Assembly: GCA_951406725.2 (NCBI GenBank)
Contig: OX597826.1
Location: 63,116,001-63,180,000 of the forward strand
DNA: 64,000 bases
Direction: 5' to 3'
Origin: Octopus vulgaris
Lineage: Eukaryota
Made by a program: the position numbers and the translations under genes. A model generated the notes under the pieces. The model was not told the origin of the DNA. It worked only from the letters and a program-made list of their open reading frames with translations, and ran no database searches. Positions within the stretch are counted from its first letter, which is position 1, and each line of letters starts with the position of its first letter. This document shows positions 15,588-28,770 of the stretch, one piece after another.

Positions 15588-15660
<73 letters not shown>

Positions 15661-15665
<5 letters not shown>

Positions 15666-15831
15666 TTCAGACAAATAATAACAAAAACACCAGGACTTAC
15701 AAACACATATAACATACAGAAAATTAGGCACTGCACACATCCTACGCAGAACACTTTCCATACAATAACCATCAGAGCATCACAACAAATCACAGCAAGT
15801 GAAGTGAAAGCACGCTATAAAAATAAAACTA

Positions 15832-15834
<3 letters not shown>
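15661..15834 (+). mobile_element. second Dong/R4-clade 3' end in the same (TAA)n tract
   Basis: ITKTPGLTNTYNIQKI / GTAHILRRTLSIQ*, with a different 3' UTR; flanked by (AAT)n. Confidence 0.75.
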
Positions 15835-15865
<31 letters not shown>

Positions 15866-15882
15866 TTAATAGTAATAATAAT

Positions 15883-15948
<66 letters not shown>

Positions 15949-15949
15949 C

Positions 15950-16395
15950 TTCTATTAAAAGCAGAAGGTCTGAAATTTAGGGGTGGGGCTATATATTATA
16001 TATATCCCAGTAAACAACTGGTACTATTTCATCGATCCCGAAAAGATGAAAAGAAAAGTCGACTTCTGCGGAAATTGAACTCAGAAGGAAAGGACGGACA
16101 AAACGCCGCTAAGCATTTCACCCAGCGTGCTAACGATTATGCCAGCTCGCTGCCTTAATAATAATGATTAAAAAAATGATAATAACGATTTCAAATTTTT
16201 GTAACTAGGACAGCTTGGGGGAGAGGATTAAGTCGATTACATCGACCCCAGTGTTTCACTGGTACTAAATTTATCGACCCCGAAAAGATGAAAGCAAAGT
16301 CGACCTCGGCGGGATTTGAACTCAGAACGTGGCAATGGGCAACATACCGCTAAGCATTTCGTCCAGTGTGCTAACGATTCTGCCAGCTCGCCACC

Positions 16396-16397
<2 letters not shown>
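15950..16397 (-). mobile_element. two SINE family B copies (15950-16157 and 16189-16397), (ATT)n-tail type
   Basis: Head AAGGCGGCGAGCTGGCAGAATCGTTAGCAC and central GAGGTCGACTTTGC.TTTCATC.TTTCGGGGTCGATAAA...GTACCAG, as in 44900-45130. Confidence 0.85.
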
Positions 16398-16480
<83 letters not shown>

Positions 16481-16631
16481 TAATAATAATAATAATATTG
16501 ATAATAACAACAACAACAACATCATGCCAAATCTACGATTGTATCTTAGGTCTCCATAGCTAATGAGAAGAATTCGATGTTTCTTTTTCTTTTGATTTTT
16601 TCAATTGACATTTAATTAAAAAATATTTTTC

Positions 16632-16806
16632 GTGGTAAGTAGCTTGCTTACCAACCACACGGTTCCAGGTTCAGTCCCACTGCGTGGCACCTTGGGCAAG
16701 TGTCTTCTACCATAGCCTCGGGCCAACCAAAGCCTTGTGAGTGGATTTAGTAGAAGCAAACTGAAAGAAGCCCGTCGTATATGTATATGTGTGTGTGTGT
16801 GTCTGT

Positions 16807-16844
<38 letters not shown>

Positions 16845-16988
16845 GTGTACGTTTGTGTGTTTGTGTATGTCCCCCCAACATCGTACTAGGTTACAAAGAA
16901 TAAATCCTGGGGTCGATTTGCTCGACTAAAGGTGGTGCTCCAGCATGGCCGTAGTCAAATGACTGAAGCGAGTAAAATAGTAAAGAGT
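16632..16988 (+). mobile_element. SINE family A
   Basis: Matches 39503-39933, with an internal deletion. Confidence 0.85.
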
Positions 16989-17028
16989 ATGTACATGTAT
17001 GTATGGAGGAAGAATGTATTATGTATGC

Positions 17029-17061
<33 letters not shown>

Positions 17062-17217
17062 TGTAGGTAGGTAGGTAGGTAGGTAGGTAGGTAGGTAGGT
17101 AGGTAGGTAGGTAGGTAGGTAGGTAGGTAGGTAGGTAGGTAGGTAGGTAGGTAGGTAGGTAGGTAGGTAGGTAGGTAGGTAGGTAGGTAGGTAGGTAGGT
17201 CGGTTGGTACGTACGTA

Positions 17218-17420
17218 CTTATGACGTGCTTTTTAGCAACGCTGTAAGGGAAAACATTTTGCATGGTTCATCATCCTTTAAATCCTGAAAAGGTCTTGCA
17301 GTTCTTTGTACTTCCAGATATTGTAATCATTTGTAGTGTATGAATCAAGGAGATGCATACTTTCACCAAGAACCCAAATTCCACCATACTTAGCTCCAGA
17401 CGGGTTGGTACGCGTCATGC
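17218..17420 (-). mobile_element. 3' remnant of an R4/Dong-like LINE related to 437-798
   Basis: Minus peptide FGFLVKVCISLIHTLQMITISGSTKNCKTFSGFKG* parallels KLCKTFLRFKV*. The 3' end abuts (TACC)n/(TACA)n. Confidence 0.55.
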
Positions 17421-17582
17421 GGTTCAAATGTTAATAGTTATAAAGATGAAAGTGTATCATGCGTACTGGGTTTGCAAACTCTTTATCAACATTTCTTTCC
17501 TTGTTGTCCCACACAACAATATCTGGCCGGTTGTGCTTAAATTTAGTGGCTGTTTAAATTTTTAACAAACGAAAAGGAACGC

Positions 17583-17785
17583 AGAGTCAAGACTACTGAA
17601 AAGGTTGCAAAACGCAACGAAAAATTTTACGAAAATAAAAATAAGAAATAAGTGGATATTTTACCGGTGAGTGTGTTAAATTATAAGACATAAAAAGAAA
17701 ATGACTCTCTCCAGACACAACAGAATATGCTTCAACACACGAAGTCACATAAAGAATCTTGCAAATCAAATCCAAAAACGAAAGA
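17583..17785 (+). mobile_element. Penelope-like short fragment with a degenerate hammerhead fold; same family as 36878-37061
   Basis: CTGAAAA-G-GTTGC(AAAAC)GCAAC-GAA-AAATTT at 17596-17627. The downstream sequence (ACCGGTGAGTGTGTT...GACTCTC.CCAGACACAA) recurs at 36878-37061. Confidence 0.55.
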
Positions 17786-17921
17786 AAATTTTTTTAGCTT
17801 CACCAATATTCTTATAACCATCGATCTCAAAATAGTCAACTTTGTCTGTAGATATTTTCTTTTTTTCCTTTTTTATTTTTTTTGTTTAGCCGTTCCAGAC
17901 TGTTCTAGCCACTGCACCCTG

Positions 17922-17961
<40 letters not shown>

Positions 17962-18132
17962 AGTATGTATGTATGTATGTATGTATGTATGTATGTATGT
18001 ATGTATGTATGCAAGTATGTATGCATATGTGCATGTATGTGTGTATGTGTGTGTGCATGCGTGTGTGTCTGTGTGTGCATGTGTGTGTGTCTGTGTGCGA
18101 GTGTGTGTGTGTGTGTATGTGTGTGTATGTGT

Positions 18133-18164
<32 letters not shown>

Positions 18165-18663
18165 TTGTGGGCAACAGAGCCTAGCTCAGAGCTAATATAT
18201 GATTCCGAATATATACAAACATAATTTCCTAAGAAAAAATAAATATATTTCTTCTGATTGACATCCATCTTGCTTTCCACTGTTTTCGTTTTTTTTTTGT
18301 TTACTTTTACGTTTGTTTAATGGTTTCATCTTCAATTTGTTTCATCTCTTTTCACTCTCTATCTCTCCCTTTCTCTCTCTCTCTCTCTCTCTTGTTTCTC
18401 TCTATTTCAACCTCTTCTTTTGTCTCTCTCTGTCTGGCTCTCTTTCTTTTTCCACTAGTCATGCAGTAAACCTGTGTCTTTTCTTTTCTCTTTCACTTTC
18501 TTCTCTCCTTTCCTAACATGTCTCTGTCCTTCTCCCTCTCTCTCTTTTCCCTCTCTCTCTCTCTTTATCTTTCTCTCTCTTTCTCTCTCTTTCTTTCTCT
18601 CAATATCCCTTTTGCTTTATGCTTTTTGTATCAGTCTTTCTCACCATCTCTTTCTCACCATCT

Positions 18664-18717
<54 letters not shown>

Positions 18718-19313
18718 CTCTTTCTTTATCCACTTGCTTTATATCTGTTATTCACCGTCTCTCGCCTTTCTCTCCCTTTCTCTCTTTCTCTCATTCTCTC
18801 AATATGATTGACTATTAATTTATTTGGTGTTAAAAGTCACTTTAAAAAAATCTATTCTATTAAGTACGTATATCATTCACCTACAAAAAAAACATTACAA
18901 CCACAACTATAACAATAACAAATACCACTACTAATACCAACACCTTTACTACTATCACTACCACAACTATCCTGCTATTATTACAGATACTACTACTATT
19001 ACTACAACTCCTACTACTGATGCTACTACGTTAATCACATTTTGTGTCCCGTTTCTCCTTCCATATTAATCAATCCAATTTTGCATGAAGTTTTAACTGT
19101 TTCGTCTTTTAAAACTTTATATTGCAATTTTGCATTTTATTTCAAACATTTTCTTTGAGGTATTTATTATTTTTTTGCGTTTATATGAAAATCAATATTT
19201 TTGAAAAATATTACACTTTTCACCATTGACTTGCCGACATTTTGGTATTATTTCAGATAATATTATATAAGTATTAAAAATTAAAATTCTCTTTTCATCT
19301 ACGTGGAATTATT

Positions 19314-19386
<73 letters not shown>

Positions 19387-20369
19387 CTGTGTGTGTACGT
19401 ATAAATGTATGAATATCATGTATGTTAGTGTGTGTATATATGTATACATGCATGTTACGTGTTCGTAGAGTGTGTGTTGTGTGTGCGTGATCTCACTCTC
19501 TCTCTCTCCCTCATATGTGTGTGTATGAGTGCGTGCGTGTGTGAGAGAGTGTGTGTGTGAGAGAGAGAGAGTGTGATTTCTAGAGGTAGATAGGTAGATA
19601 AGATATACATAGATGACAGGCAGATAAATAGATAGATAGAAACATACACATACACATATATACATACATATAACTATAAACATATATAGATATACATATG
19701 TATATTTTTATACATATATATACGTGTGAGTGTATATACGTATGTATTAATTAGGGTTGAGAACCATTTCTATTTCTTGCTTACACCAACACATGATTGT
19801 TAATAGTGATATAGAATGGCGCCGCTAAATTACATTAATTATTAAATTAATTGGTCAACGAGAAGAGCTGACCACATATTTACTTAGTATAAAAAATGTT
19901 TGGATATTGTCGAGGTTTATAGCAACAATAATTAAGAGAGTAGATTTAAATAAGATGATTAGGAAATATATTACAGTTTAATTAACGCTATGATATATTT
20001 AAACGTGTGTGTTTTGTATCTCTGTTTAGTAGTTTTGGCACAAGGTCAGTAATTTTGTTGGGTGGCAGCGTTAAGTCGATTACATCGACCACAGAAGTCA
20101 ACCGCTATTTATTTATTTGATCAATCTTGATATTGGCTAAATATCAGTATCTACCATTCTCGGTATCCGGGGCGAGTTGACTCGCCTGGTCTGGGACATT
20201 CGGTATTCTTTAACACCCGCTGTTGTTTAGGGAGCTTACTCTGGGCGCTACCCCGCAGCAAATTAAGATTTAAACAAAATACGTACACTATGTATGTGCG
20301 ACCGATAATACTTACATTACTAGAGCTGCTTTCAATTCGTAATTATATATATATGTGTCTGTGTGTATG

Positions 20370-20401
<32 letters not shown>

Positions 20402-20411
20402 TGTATGTATG

Positions 20412-20443
<32 letters not shown>

Positions 20444-20541
20444 GTTAATCCAAACAAGAAAGCAGAAAAAAACACAACAACGCGAGGACGTGGAACAAAT
20501 ATAGTATTATTGGACGCTCAGGAAAGAAGGAAAGAAGGAGG

Positions 20542-20576
20542 GTTTAACGTTTCGAGCGGAGCTCTTCGTCGGAAAC
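20542..20576 (-). ncRNA. minimal type-I hammerhead fold, core CCGACGA
   Basis: GUUU-[CCGACGA]-A-GAGC(UCC)GCUC-GAAA-CGUU^AAAC: stem I GUUU/AAAC, palindromic ACGU stem III. Confidence 0.6.
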
Positions 20577-20743
20577 ATGGGAGAAGGAAAGATCCAGAGA
20601 AGGGAAGACAGAGGAAAAAAATCGCCAACGGTACACACGCGGTCACATTGTATGTATGTATGTATGTATGTATGTATGTATGTATGTATGTATGTATGTA
20701 TGTATGTATGCATGTATGTATGTATGTATGTATGTATGCATGC

Positions 20744-20781
<38 letters not shown>

Positions 20782-20868
20782 TTTATAGAAGGAGCTTCTA
20801 CAGGACTAGAACTGTTTCATGAGTACCTTATTTACTGTGGTTAACCCCGACTCAACCCGGGACCTACA

Positions 20869-20899
<31 letters not shown>

Positions 20900-21082
20900 G
20901 TATATATGTATATATTTATACATACATACATACATACATACATACATACATACATACATACATACATACATACATACATACATACATACATACATACATA
21001 CATACATACAATGTGACCGCGTGTGCACCGTTGGCGATTTTTCTCCTCTGTCTTCCCTTCTCTGGATCTTTCCTTCTCCTAT

Positions 21083-21117
21083 GTTTCCGACGAAGAGCTC
21101 CGCTCGAAACGTTAAGC
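21083..21117 (+). ncRNA. minimal type-I hammerhead fold, core CCGACGA (mirror copy)
   Basis: Same as 20542-20576, but stem I is GUUU/AAGC (one G-U pair). Confidence 0.6.
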
Positions 21118-21215
21118 CCTCCTTCTTTCCTTCTTTCCTGAGCGTCCAATAATACTATATTTGTTCCACGTCCTTGCTTTGTTGTGTTTTTTTCTGCTTT
21201 CTTGTTTGGATTAAC

Positions 21216-21247
<32 letters not shown>

Positions 21248-21257
21248 CATACATACA

Positions 21258-21289
<32 letters not shown>

Positions 21290-21409
21290 CATACACACAC
21301 ACACATATATATATATAATTACGAATTGAAAGTAGCTCTAGTAATGTAAGTATTATCGGTCGCACATACATAGTGTACGTATTATATATATATATATATA
21401 TAGTGTACG

Positions 21410-21476
<67 letters not shown>

Positions 21477-21478
<2 letters not shown>

Positions 21479-21884
21479 CTTTTATTCTTTTACTTGTTTC
21501 AGTCATTTGACGGCAGCCATGATGAAGCACCGCCTTGAAGGGTTTCAGTTGAAGAAATTGACCCTAGGACTTATTCCTTGGGGAATAAGCCAAGTGCTCA
21601 GTCTATCGCTCTCTTCTGCAGAACCGCTAGGTTACAGGGACATAAACACACCAACATCGGTTGTCCAGCGATGGCGAGGAGGGACAAACACACATACACA
21701 TAAATATATTCATATACATGTACGACGAGTTTCTTTCAGTTTCCGTCTACCAAATCCACTCACAAGGCTTTGGTCGGCCCGTGGCTATAGTAGAAGACAA
21801 AAGCCCAAGGTGCCACGCAGTGGGACTGAACCCGGAACCATGTGGTTGGTAAACAAGCTACTTACCACACAGCCACTCCTGCGC

Positions 21885-21886
<2 letters not shown>
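21477..21886 (-). mobile_element. SINE family A, full length
   Basis: Reverse complement of 39503-39933; lies between (TA)n tracts. Confidence 0.9.
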
Positions 21887-21966
<80 letters not shown>

Positions 21967-21975
21967 ATATATATA

Positions 21976-22494
<519 letters not shown>

Positions 22495-22535
22495 TAAATT
22501 CATATACTATATAATAGGTACATATATTGTGTATA

Positions 22536-22655
22536 TGCTCAAATGATTTGAACTTAAACTCCTAAATCTTTGACCAGGTGTAGAGAGCCACTCTTTACCC
22601 CGTGGGTCTAGTCCTCGATAAAGAATTCGGAGTTTAAATTCAAATCATTTGAGCA
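22536..22655. repeat. imperfect inverted repeat, about 36-bp arms
   Basis: TGCTCAAATGATTTGAACTTAAACTCC...GGAGTTTAAATTCAAATCATTTGAGCA, with a spacer of about 48 bp. Confidence 0.85.
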
Positions 22656-23825
22656 CTACTGCGTGTTTTCTATATTGAGCATCTCTAGCTCTCACCTCTT
22701 GACTGCACAGTCTATGTATGTATGTATGTATATTTATAAATGTATAGTTAGATATACACATACACTATAACTACTATAAATGTGTACACACATGCACACG
22801 CACACATTAGACAAAATTATTTTATATGTAATATCGAAATATCGCGTGTACGTGGCCGTACTCGTCAGAATGTCTATATGTGTTCAAATGCTTCTGCATG
22901 TATATGTTTGAGAATACCTTATTACGTCATAGTTTTTGTCAGAACAACACACGCATTTTCTTCCCTGCTTAACTGAATATGGCACTAACTTCCGATTAAT
23001 TGTATTTTTCAACAACGAAGACACTCAACGTTTTACTAAAGCTTCTGTTTTGCTTTCGACGGGCTTTTTTCATTTCATTTTTCATATTCAGCCTTGTTTC
23101 TGTTTCTGTTTTGTTTTTGTTTATTAATTTTTTTAATGTTGTTGCTTGGGGTTTGTTTGCATCTTCTTTTTTTTCTTTTTCTCTTTACCAGAAATTGTAT
23201 ACATTTGTATTGCAGCAAATCGATTGAACAGCAGGAGCCAAAATAATATCTTTAAGTGTTTGGTTGACCTGTTAAAATGGCTGCTACTTTTAAACTCCAC
23301 TCATACCCTGCCCTCTTAAAAACGAAAGATATTATTTATAATGTAAATCAAGATGGGACAGTCGTAAAAATATTGACTGCACAGTGAAGGTCCTTCTTAT
23401 TTTCTTCCTTTCTATTTGACTTCCTGGGTCACCGTCTTGAAGTGTTTACCTCCGTCATGGGCAAATTGCTACCCGCGACAGATTCTGAATGGTACACCAA
23501 ACAAAAAACTACCTTGATTCTTTTTTTTTTTTTTTCTATTTTTTAATAGTGCAACCCTTCTGATGATGTGCCACGTCCCACGGGACCCACTCCTCGAAAA
23601 AGAGGCTGCCCTATAATTGGTTTAATCGAATTAGTGGGTCCCTGTAATTACCTATTTCTATCTGTGCATTTTGCCGAACCGTATTTTTTGTTTTGTTGTG
23701 TTTTGTTTTTGCGAGGAAGTCAACAAATTAACACCAGTTGTTAAACGCATACACACGCTTGCACACACGGCCCCAGTACTTATGATTTTTTGTTTGTTTT
23801 TTTGTGGTGGAGGAGGGGTCATTTA

Positions 23826-24030
23826 ACTTTGCTACTTATTCTATCGGTCTCCTTTGCCGAGCCGCTAATGTACAGGGACATACACAAACTAACATTGGTT
23901 GTTAAGTTGTGGTGAGATAAGTAGACACAAACATTCACACACACACATGCATATATACACGCATGTATGTGTGTGTATATGTACGTGTGTGTCTGTCTGT
24001 GCCTCTCTGTGTGTGTGTGTGTGTGTGTGC

Positions 24031-24089
<59 letters not shown>

Positions 24090-24240
24090 CTACCACGCAG
24101 TTTCTCTCTATCAAATTCGGAAGGCATTTGACTGACCCGGGGTTATAGTAGAAGATACTTGCCCAAAGTGGCGCTCAATGAGAATGAAACTGGAACCACG
24201 TGGTTGCAAAGCGCGCTTCTACACCACGCTCACATGCCTA
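23826..24240 (-). mobile_element. older SINE family A copy
   Basis: Diverged match to the family A body and head (TACTTATTCTATCGGTCTC.TTTGCCGA...TATAGTAGAAGA.ACTTGCCCAA). Confidence 0.75.
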
Positions 24241-24658
24241 TTTATAAATGTTTTAGGAACAGAAACAGTAACATTTGCCTCGAGACATATCTTTCGATTT
24301 GTGTTCTTACTTTCAAGCTTTCGAAACAATAAGAGAAGACGTCTCTAAGTGTGCAGATTGGGACTTGGAAGCTGGCTTGGTTGCTTCAATGATATAAAAC
24401 AGTTGCGGCGTAATAAACGTCTGCACACCCATAGATATGATGTCTATCTGTCATAACTGACATTCTCTAGATAGTACTTTAAGGTGGCGAGCCGGTAGAA
24501 TTGTTAACACACCTGATAAAATGCTTAGCGTCATTTCATCCGGTTATTTACATTCTGAGTTCTAGACACAAATTTTTTAATAAATTCTTAAAAAGATTGT
24601 GCGGTACCTATTTCTGACAGCTAAAGTGAAGAGTAGCTATATAGAATAAACTGTTTCT

Positions 24659-25431
24659 TGTTTCTTTATTACCCACAAGGGACTAAACACAGAGGGGACA
24701 AACAAGGACAGACAAAGGGATTAAGTCGATTATATCGACCCCAGTGCGTAACTGATACTTATTTAATCGACACCGAAAGAATGAAAGACAAAGTCGACCT
24801 CGGCGGAATTTGAACTCAGGACGTAACGACAGACGAAATACCTATTTCTTTACTACCCACAAGGGTCTAAACACAGAGAGGACAAACAAGGACAGACAAA
24901 CGGATTACGTCGATTATATCGACCCCAGTGCGTAAATGGTACTTGTTTAATCGACCCCGAAAGGATGAAAGGCAAAGTCGACCTCGACGGAATTTGAACT
25001 CAGAACGTAACGACAGACGAAATACTTATTTCTTTACTACCCACAAGGGGCTAAACACAGAGGAGACAAACAAGGACAGTCAGACGGATTAAGTCGATTA
25101 CATCGACCCCAGTGCGTAACTGGTACTTAATTTATCGACCCCGAAAGGATGAAAGGCAAAGTCGACCTTGGCGGAATTTGAACTCAGAACGTAAAGACAA
25201 ACGAAATACCTATTTCTTTACTACCCACAATGGGCTAAACATAGAGGGGACAAACAAGGACAGACAAACAGATTAAGTCGATTATATCGACCCCAGTGCG
25301 TAACTGGTACTTATTTAATCGACCCCGAAAGGATGAAAGGAAAAGTCGACCTCGGCGGAATTTGAACTCAGAACGAAATACGTCTACGCATTTCGGCCGG
25401 CGTGCTAACGTTTCTGCCAGCTCGCCGCCTT
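24659..25431 (-). mobile_element. SINE family B tandem tetramer (one head, four 184-bp body+tail units) with a 25-bp TSD
   Basis: Unit starts at 24661, 24845, 25029 and 25213. TAGCTA(T/C)ATAGAATAAACTGTTTCT occurs at 24634-24658 and 25434-25458. Confidence 0.92.
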
Positions 25432-26453
25432 ATTAGCTACATAGAATAAACTGTTTCTGTTGAGGAAGACAACGACATACCAGAATAAGAATTAGTTGCG
25501 AAGTTTGTTCCATTAATTGCTTGGTCGCAGGGAATGAGTTTATCGCCCAACACATAATCAATTATAGTAACTAATATGTTACTGATTAGATTAACTGTTA
25601 TTTCTATAAACCACCGGTGCCGGATTCCTTGAATATTTGTATTTGATATAATTTTTCTAGAGAATATTGACTATTAGGGGTTGCTCGTTTTGTAGCAGGC
25701 GAGAAAAAAAAAGATATATTGTTTCCTGGAATGATTAGCAAATACACGAAATAAAATCGTGTTAAATTTTGTGTGAATTGAAATTCAAAATCTGCAAAAG
25801 TATTCCATTTTTAATTAAATTCTATTTTGGTACTCTATTTCTAATTAAATTCAATTAACTTTAACTCCGAAGGTTGTCTCTCTCGATATTCTTCATCAAA
25901 ATTAGACGTTAACAAGGGTTGGTTTCCTTCATTAAGGGTGCAAATCTAATTAATAAAATTTCTTTGCCTCACTTTTTTTTGGTGATGTGTTTGGTTGGTC
26001 CTGATTTATATGGGTGATGCGTTATGCCAACGGTTGCAGATTTGTTGTTCGTAGAATCATAATGATCAGTTGGAATGGATGAAGAATTGAAGAAAGTAGA
26101 AGAGGAAGGAGTAAATATGTTTAGTGTGGAGGTGGGGTAGTGTAGTATAATGATATACGATATGTGTGTCCTCTTATACAAAATCATCTTTTTATCGTCA
26201 AAGTTCTTCAGAATTTTAATAGTCAATTCATTGAAATGGAACTCCAAGAATCCAAAACATAAGACGAAAGGATGCTTTGTTGTAGAAGGACCAACAGTCA
26301 GAATTCTTATGTTATATATGAAACCCTGTGAAATATCAATACCCACTGTTCGTAATTCAAGTTATTCAATCTTTCACTGACCTAGTTCAGCTAACTTTAG
26401 ACAAAGGAAAATGTCCCACCATTGGGAGCACAGTTTCGCCATACTGCTTTTTG

Positions 26454-26743
26454 ACGCCGGGCGAAATGCTTAGCGGTATTTCGTTTGTCTTTACGTTTGT
26501 CTTTACGTTTGTCTGTCCTTGTTTGTCCCCTCTATGTTTAGCCCCTTGTGGGCAATAAAGAAATAGGTATTTCGTTTGTCTTTTCGTTCTGAGCTTAATT
26601 TCCGCCGAGGTCGACTTTGCCTTTCATCCTTTCGGTGTCAATAAATTAAGTACCAGTTACGTACTGGGTTCGACCTAATCGACTGGCCCCCTCCCCAAAA
26701 CTTTCAGGCCTTGTGCCTAGAGTAGAAAAGTAGAAAAGATTAT
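26454..26743 (+). mobile_element. SINE family B copy interrupted by a Tx1-like tail insertion
   Basis: GGTATTTCGTTTGTCTTT(A/T)CGTT is duplicated at 26475 and 26566 around TTTGTCTGTCCTTGTTTGTCCCCTCTATGTTTAGCCCCTTGTGGGCAATAAAGAAATA. Confidence 0.85.
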
Positions 26744-26990
26744 ACTGCTTTTTGTGCTTACATGTTATTGTTATTGTTACTGTTAACCATAGGCCCATCT
26801 TGATGGAGCAAAGCCATGACCAGTCCTCATTTCCTTTCGAACACAGTATATCTAACACAACATATCTTGTCTTCTTTCTTTTATGAAATGATAGCTTGTG
26901 ATTTGATCAATATTTGGCTGTTTTTTCTAGCAAGTAAAGAGACTATGTAGAGACTTTCTCGTTGGCTTGATTTGAATAAAAGGAACTTAC

Positions 26991-27123
26991 GATTAATAGG
27001 AAACTCAACAGAGAAACTATGCGCCAGGGAAAAGAAGTGGCTGACACGCTTAAACATCTCGTCAGAGATTAAAAGACCAGAAAGCTTCACATTTAACTCA
27101 GCGTAATCTCCAATGAAGAACAC
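26991..27123 (-). CDS. candidate internal exon (133 nt), product unknown
   Basis: Acceptor ttgattatag|GTG and donor AATC|gtaagt. Only one frame is open: VFFIGDYAELNVKLSGLLISDEMFKRVSHFFSLAHSFSVEFPIN. No homology recognised. Confidence 0.3.
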
Positions 27124-27183
27124 CTATAATCAAGGCATTTTATCTATGACAATTCGTTTTACGGATGTCTAGGACTACATTAT

Positions 27184-27419
27184 GAAAGGTAGGAGAGTCC
27201 AGTTTGCTGGACATTGTTGTAGAGCTGAAAAAGAAGTAATTTCTACTCTTCTCCTCTGGAAGCCATCTACTCGCAATACCAGAGGGCGCACACTCTCCTA
27301 CCCTGATGTAATCTCCAGGGATACAGGCATCCAGCAACAGGACCTCCGTAATGCCATGATGGACCGTAGCATGGTAAATTCCATTGTCTCGACCATGATC
27401 GAACAATGATGATGATGAT
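27184..27419 (+). mobile_element. 5'-truncated RTE-like LINE with (TGA)n tail and 11-bp TSD
   Basis: KGRRVQFAGHCCRAEKEVISTLLLWKP...DLRNAMMDR matches the RTE C-terminal RRL.F.GH..R pattern. TSD GACTACATTAT at 27173-27183 and 27420-27430. Confidence 0.85.
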
Positions 27420-28721
27420 GACTACATTATATAGTGTGACTTTCCTTATGGTGTGATTTGAGGGAGATTTAGCTGCTATTTCTTGCACGTTTAGCGACCA
27501 CATAGGGTAATTTCTCTCTTGCTGGCTCATGTACATGCTTGTTTGCAGTTTCAGGCTATATTGTTGTTGAGCTGTCATTCATTGACGATCACGACGGCAA
27601 AGTTTTTACAGGTATTAGACGATACAATACGGGTGATTATAAGAAAAACTAATCACATCAATACCACTAGAGAGGAGATCAATAGATTCAAAGCGACACC
27701 ATGTTTGTTGAGAAAATAACGACTCGTTCAGTTATAGATACAAGGGTATTGTCATGGTAAATGTTTATATTTGTGAAGGTAAGGAAGTTAGTAGATCAAT
27801 CAATAGGATTCGGAATATCGAATCGAAAGTTTCATTGTTCATATCTATGTACTAAAACATTTAATACTGACCACTATGTAAATACAACACTATGTATTTA
27901 TGCAGTTTTACAGGTGATATGACCATCACTTCATAAAGTAATTAACTATCGGTTCAGAGATTCTCAGTTCAAATCTACAGCTGTCGGGGTTTTTTTTTTT
28001 TTTCGTGTTTATGGGCCCGATGTTTCATCCCACATAGATTCAATTCAACCATGTTGTTGTTGCTACTGCTGCTGCTGTTTAGCCCCAGATCATCTCTGAA
28101 TGAGTAGGCCAGTGCTCAAAAGCATATACTTCCGGTTTAGAAGATGCCGATGGTTTATAATTTGAGGAATATTTGCCTGCTGTTTCTAAAAGATTGAGTG
28201 GCCAAATAGAAGCTCGCTTGTTCGTTCAGAAACCCCCAAAAAAGGTTTGTTCGCTACTTCTGGAACAGAATAAAGGCGCTCTCAACGGTTCATTCAGACT
28301 AGATATCAACTTAGTCCACCTGATAACATAACAACAGCAGGGTGGGGACTTATACATCTCCACCTGAAACGAGGGTTATTATTGACCCTTTAGAACACTC
28401 GCATCAAAATATATTTACAAAATATATTGTTAAGGTAAACACGTGTGCTGAGGGACCAGCTATACGCTACCTCCGAATACAAAAATCAATATCTCATCAG
28501 GCGGTGAAGCTACTCTGAAGGTATTTTGGGCCCTGAAGGTATTTTGGCTACCACGACACCAGAGCTGCGTGGGGCGACCCCACAGATGTAGATGACAAAA
28601 TTCCTGCATAAGAGTACGAACTTTGTTGAGTCAAATACCATGACTCATAGCCAGATATCTATATCACCCTCAATGATTGATCTTGCCTTACCATTTACCC
28701 TCTGTGTGTGTGTATGTATAT

Positions 28722-28770
<49 letters not shown>

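Larger units (their letters stand above)
20278..21383. repeat. about 1.1-kb inverted duplication (arms about 500 bp, spacer about 20777-20868)
   Basis: 20278-20345 is the reverse complement of 21315-21383, and 20440-20650 of 21010-21220, with mirrored (TATG)n/(CATA)n tracts. Confidence 0.95.

Noticed and set aside
24659-25431. CRISPR-like regular array (also 4223-4817 and 54355-54745)
   Set aside because: Whole units are repeated with no unique spacers, there are no cas genes, and the context is eukaryotic.
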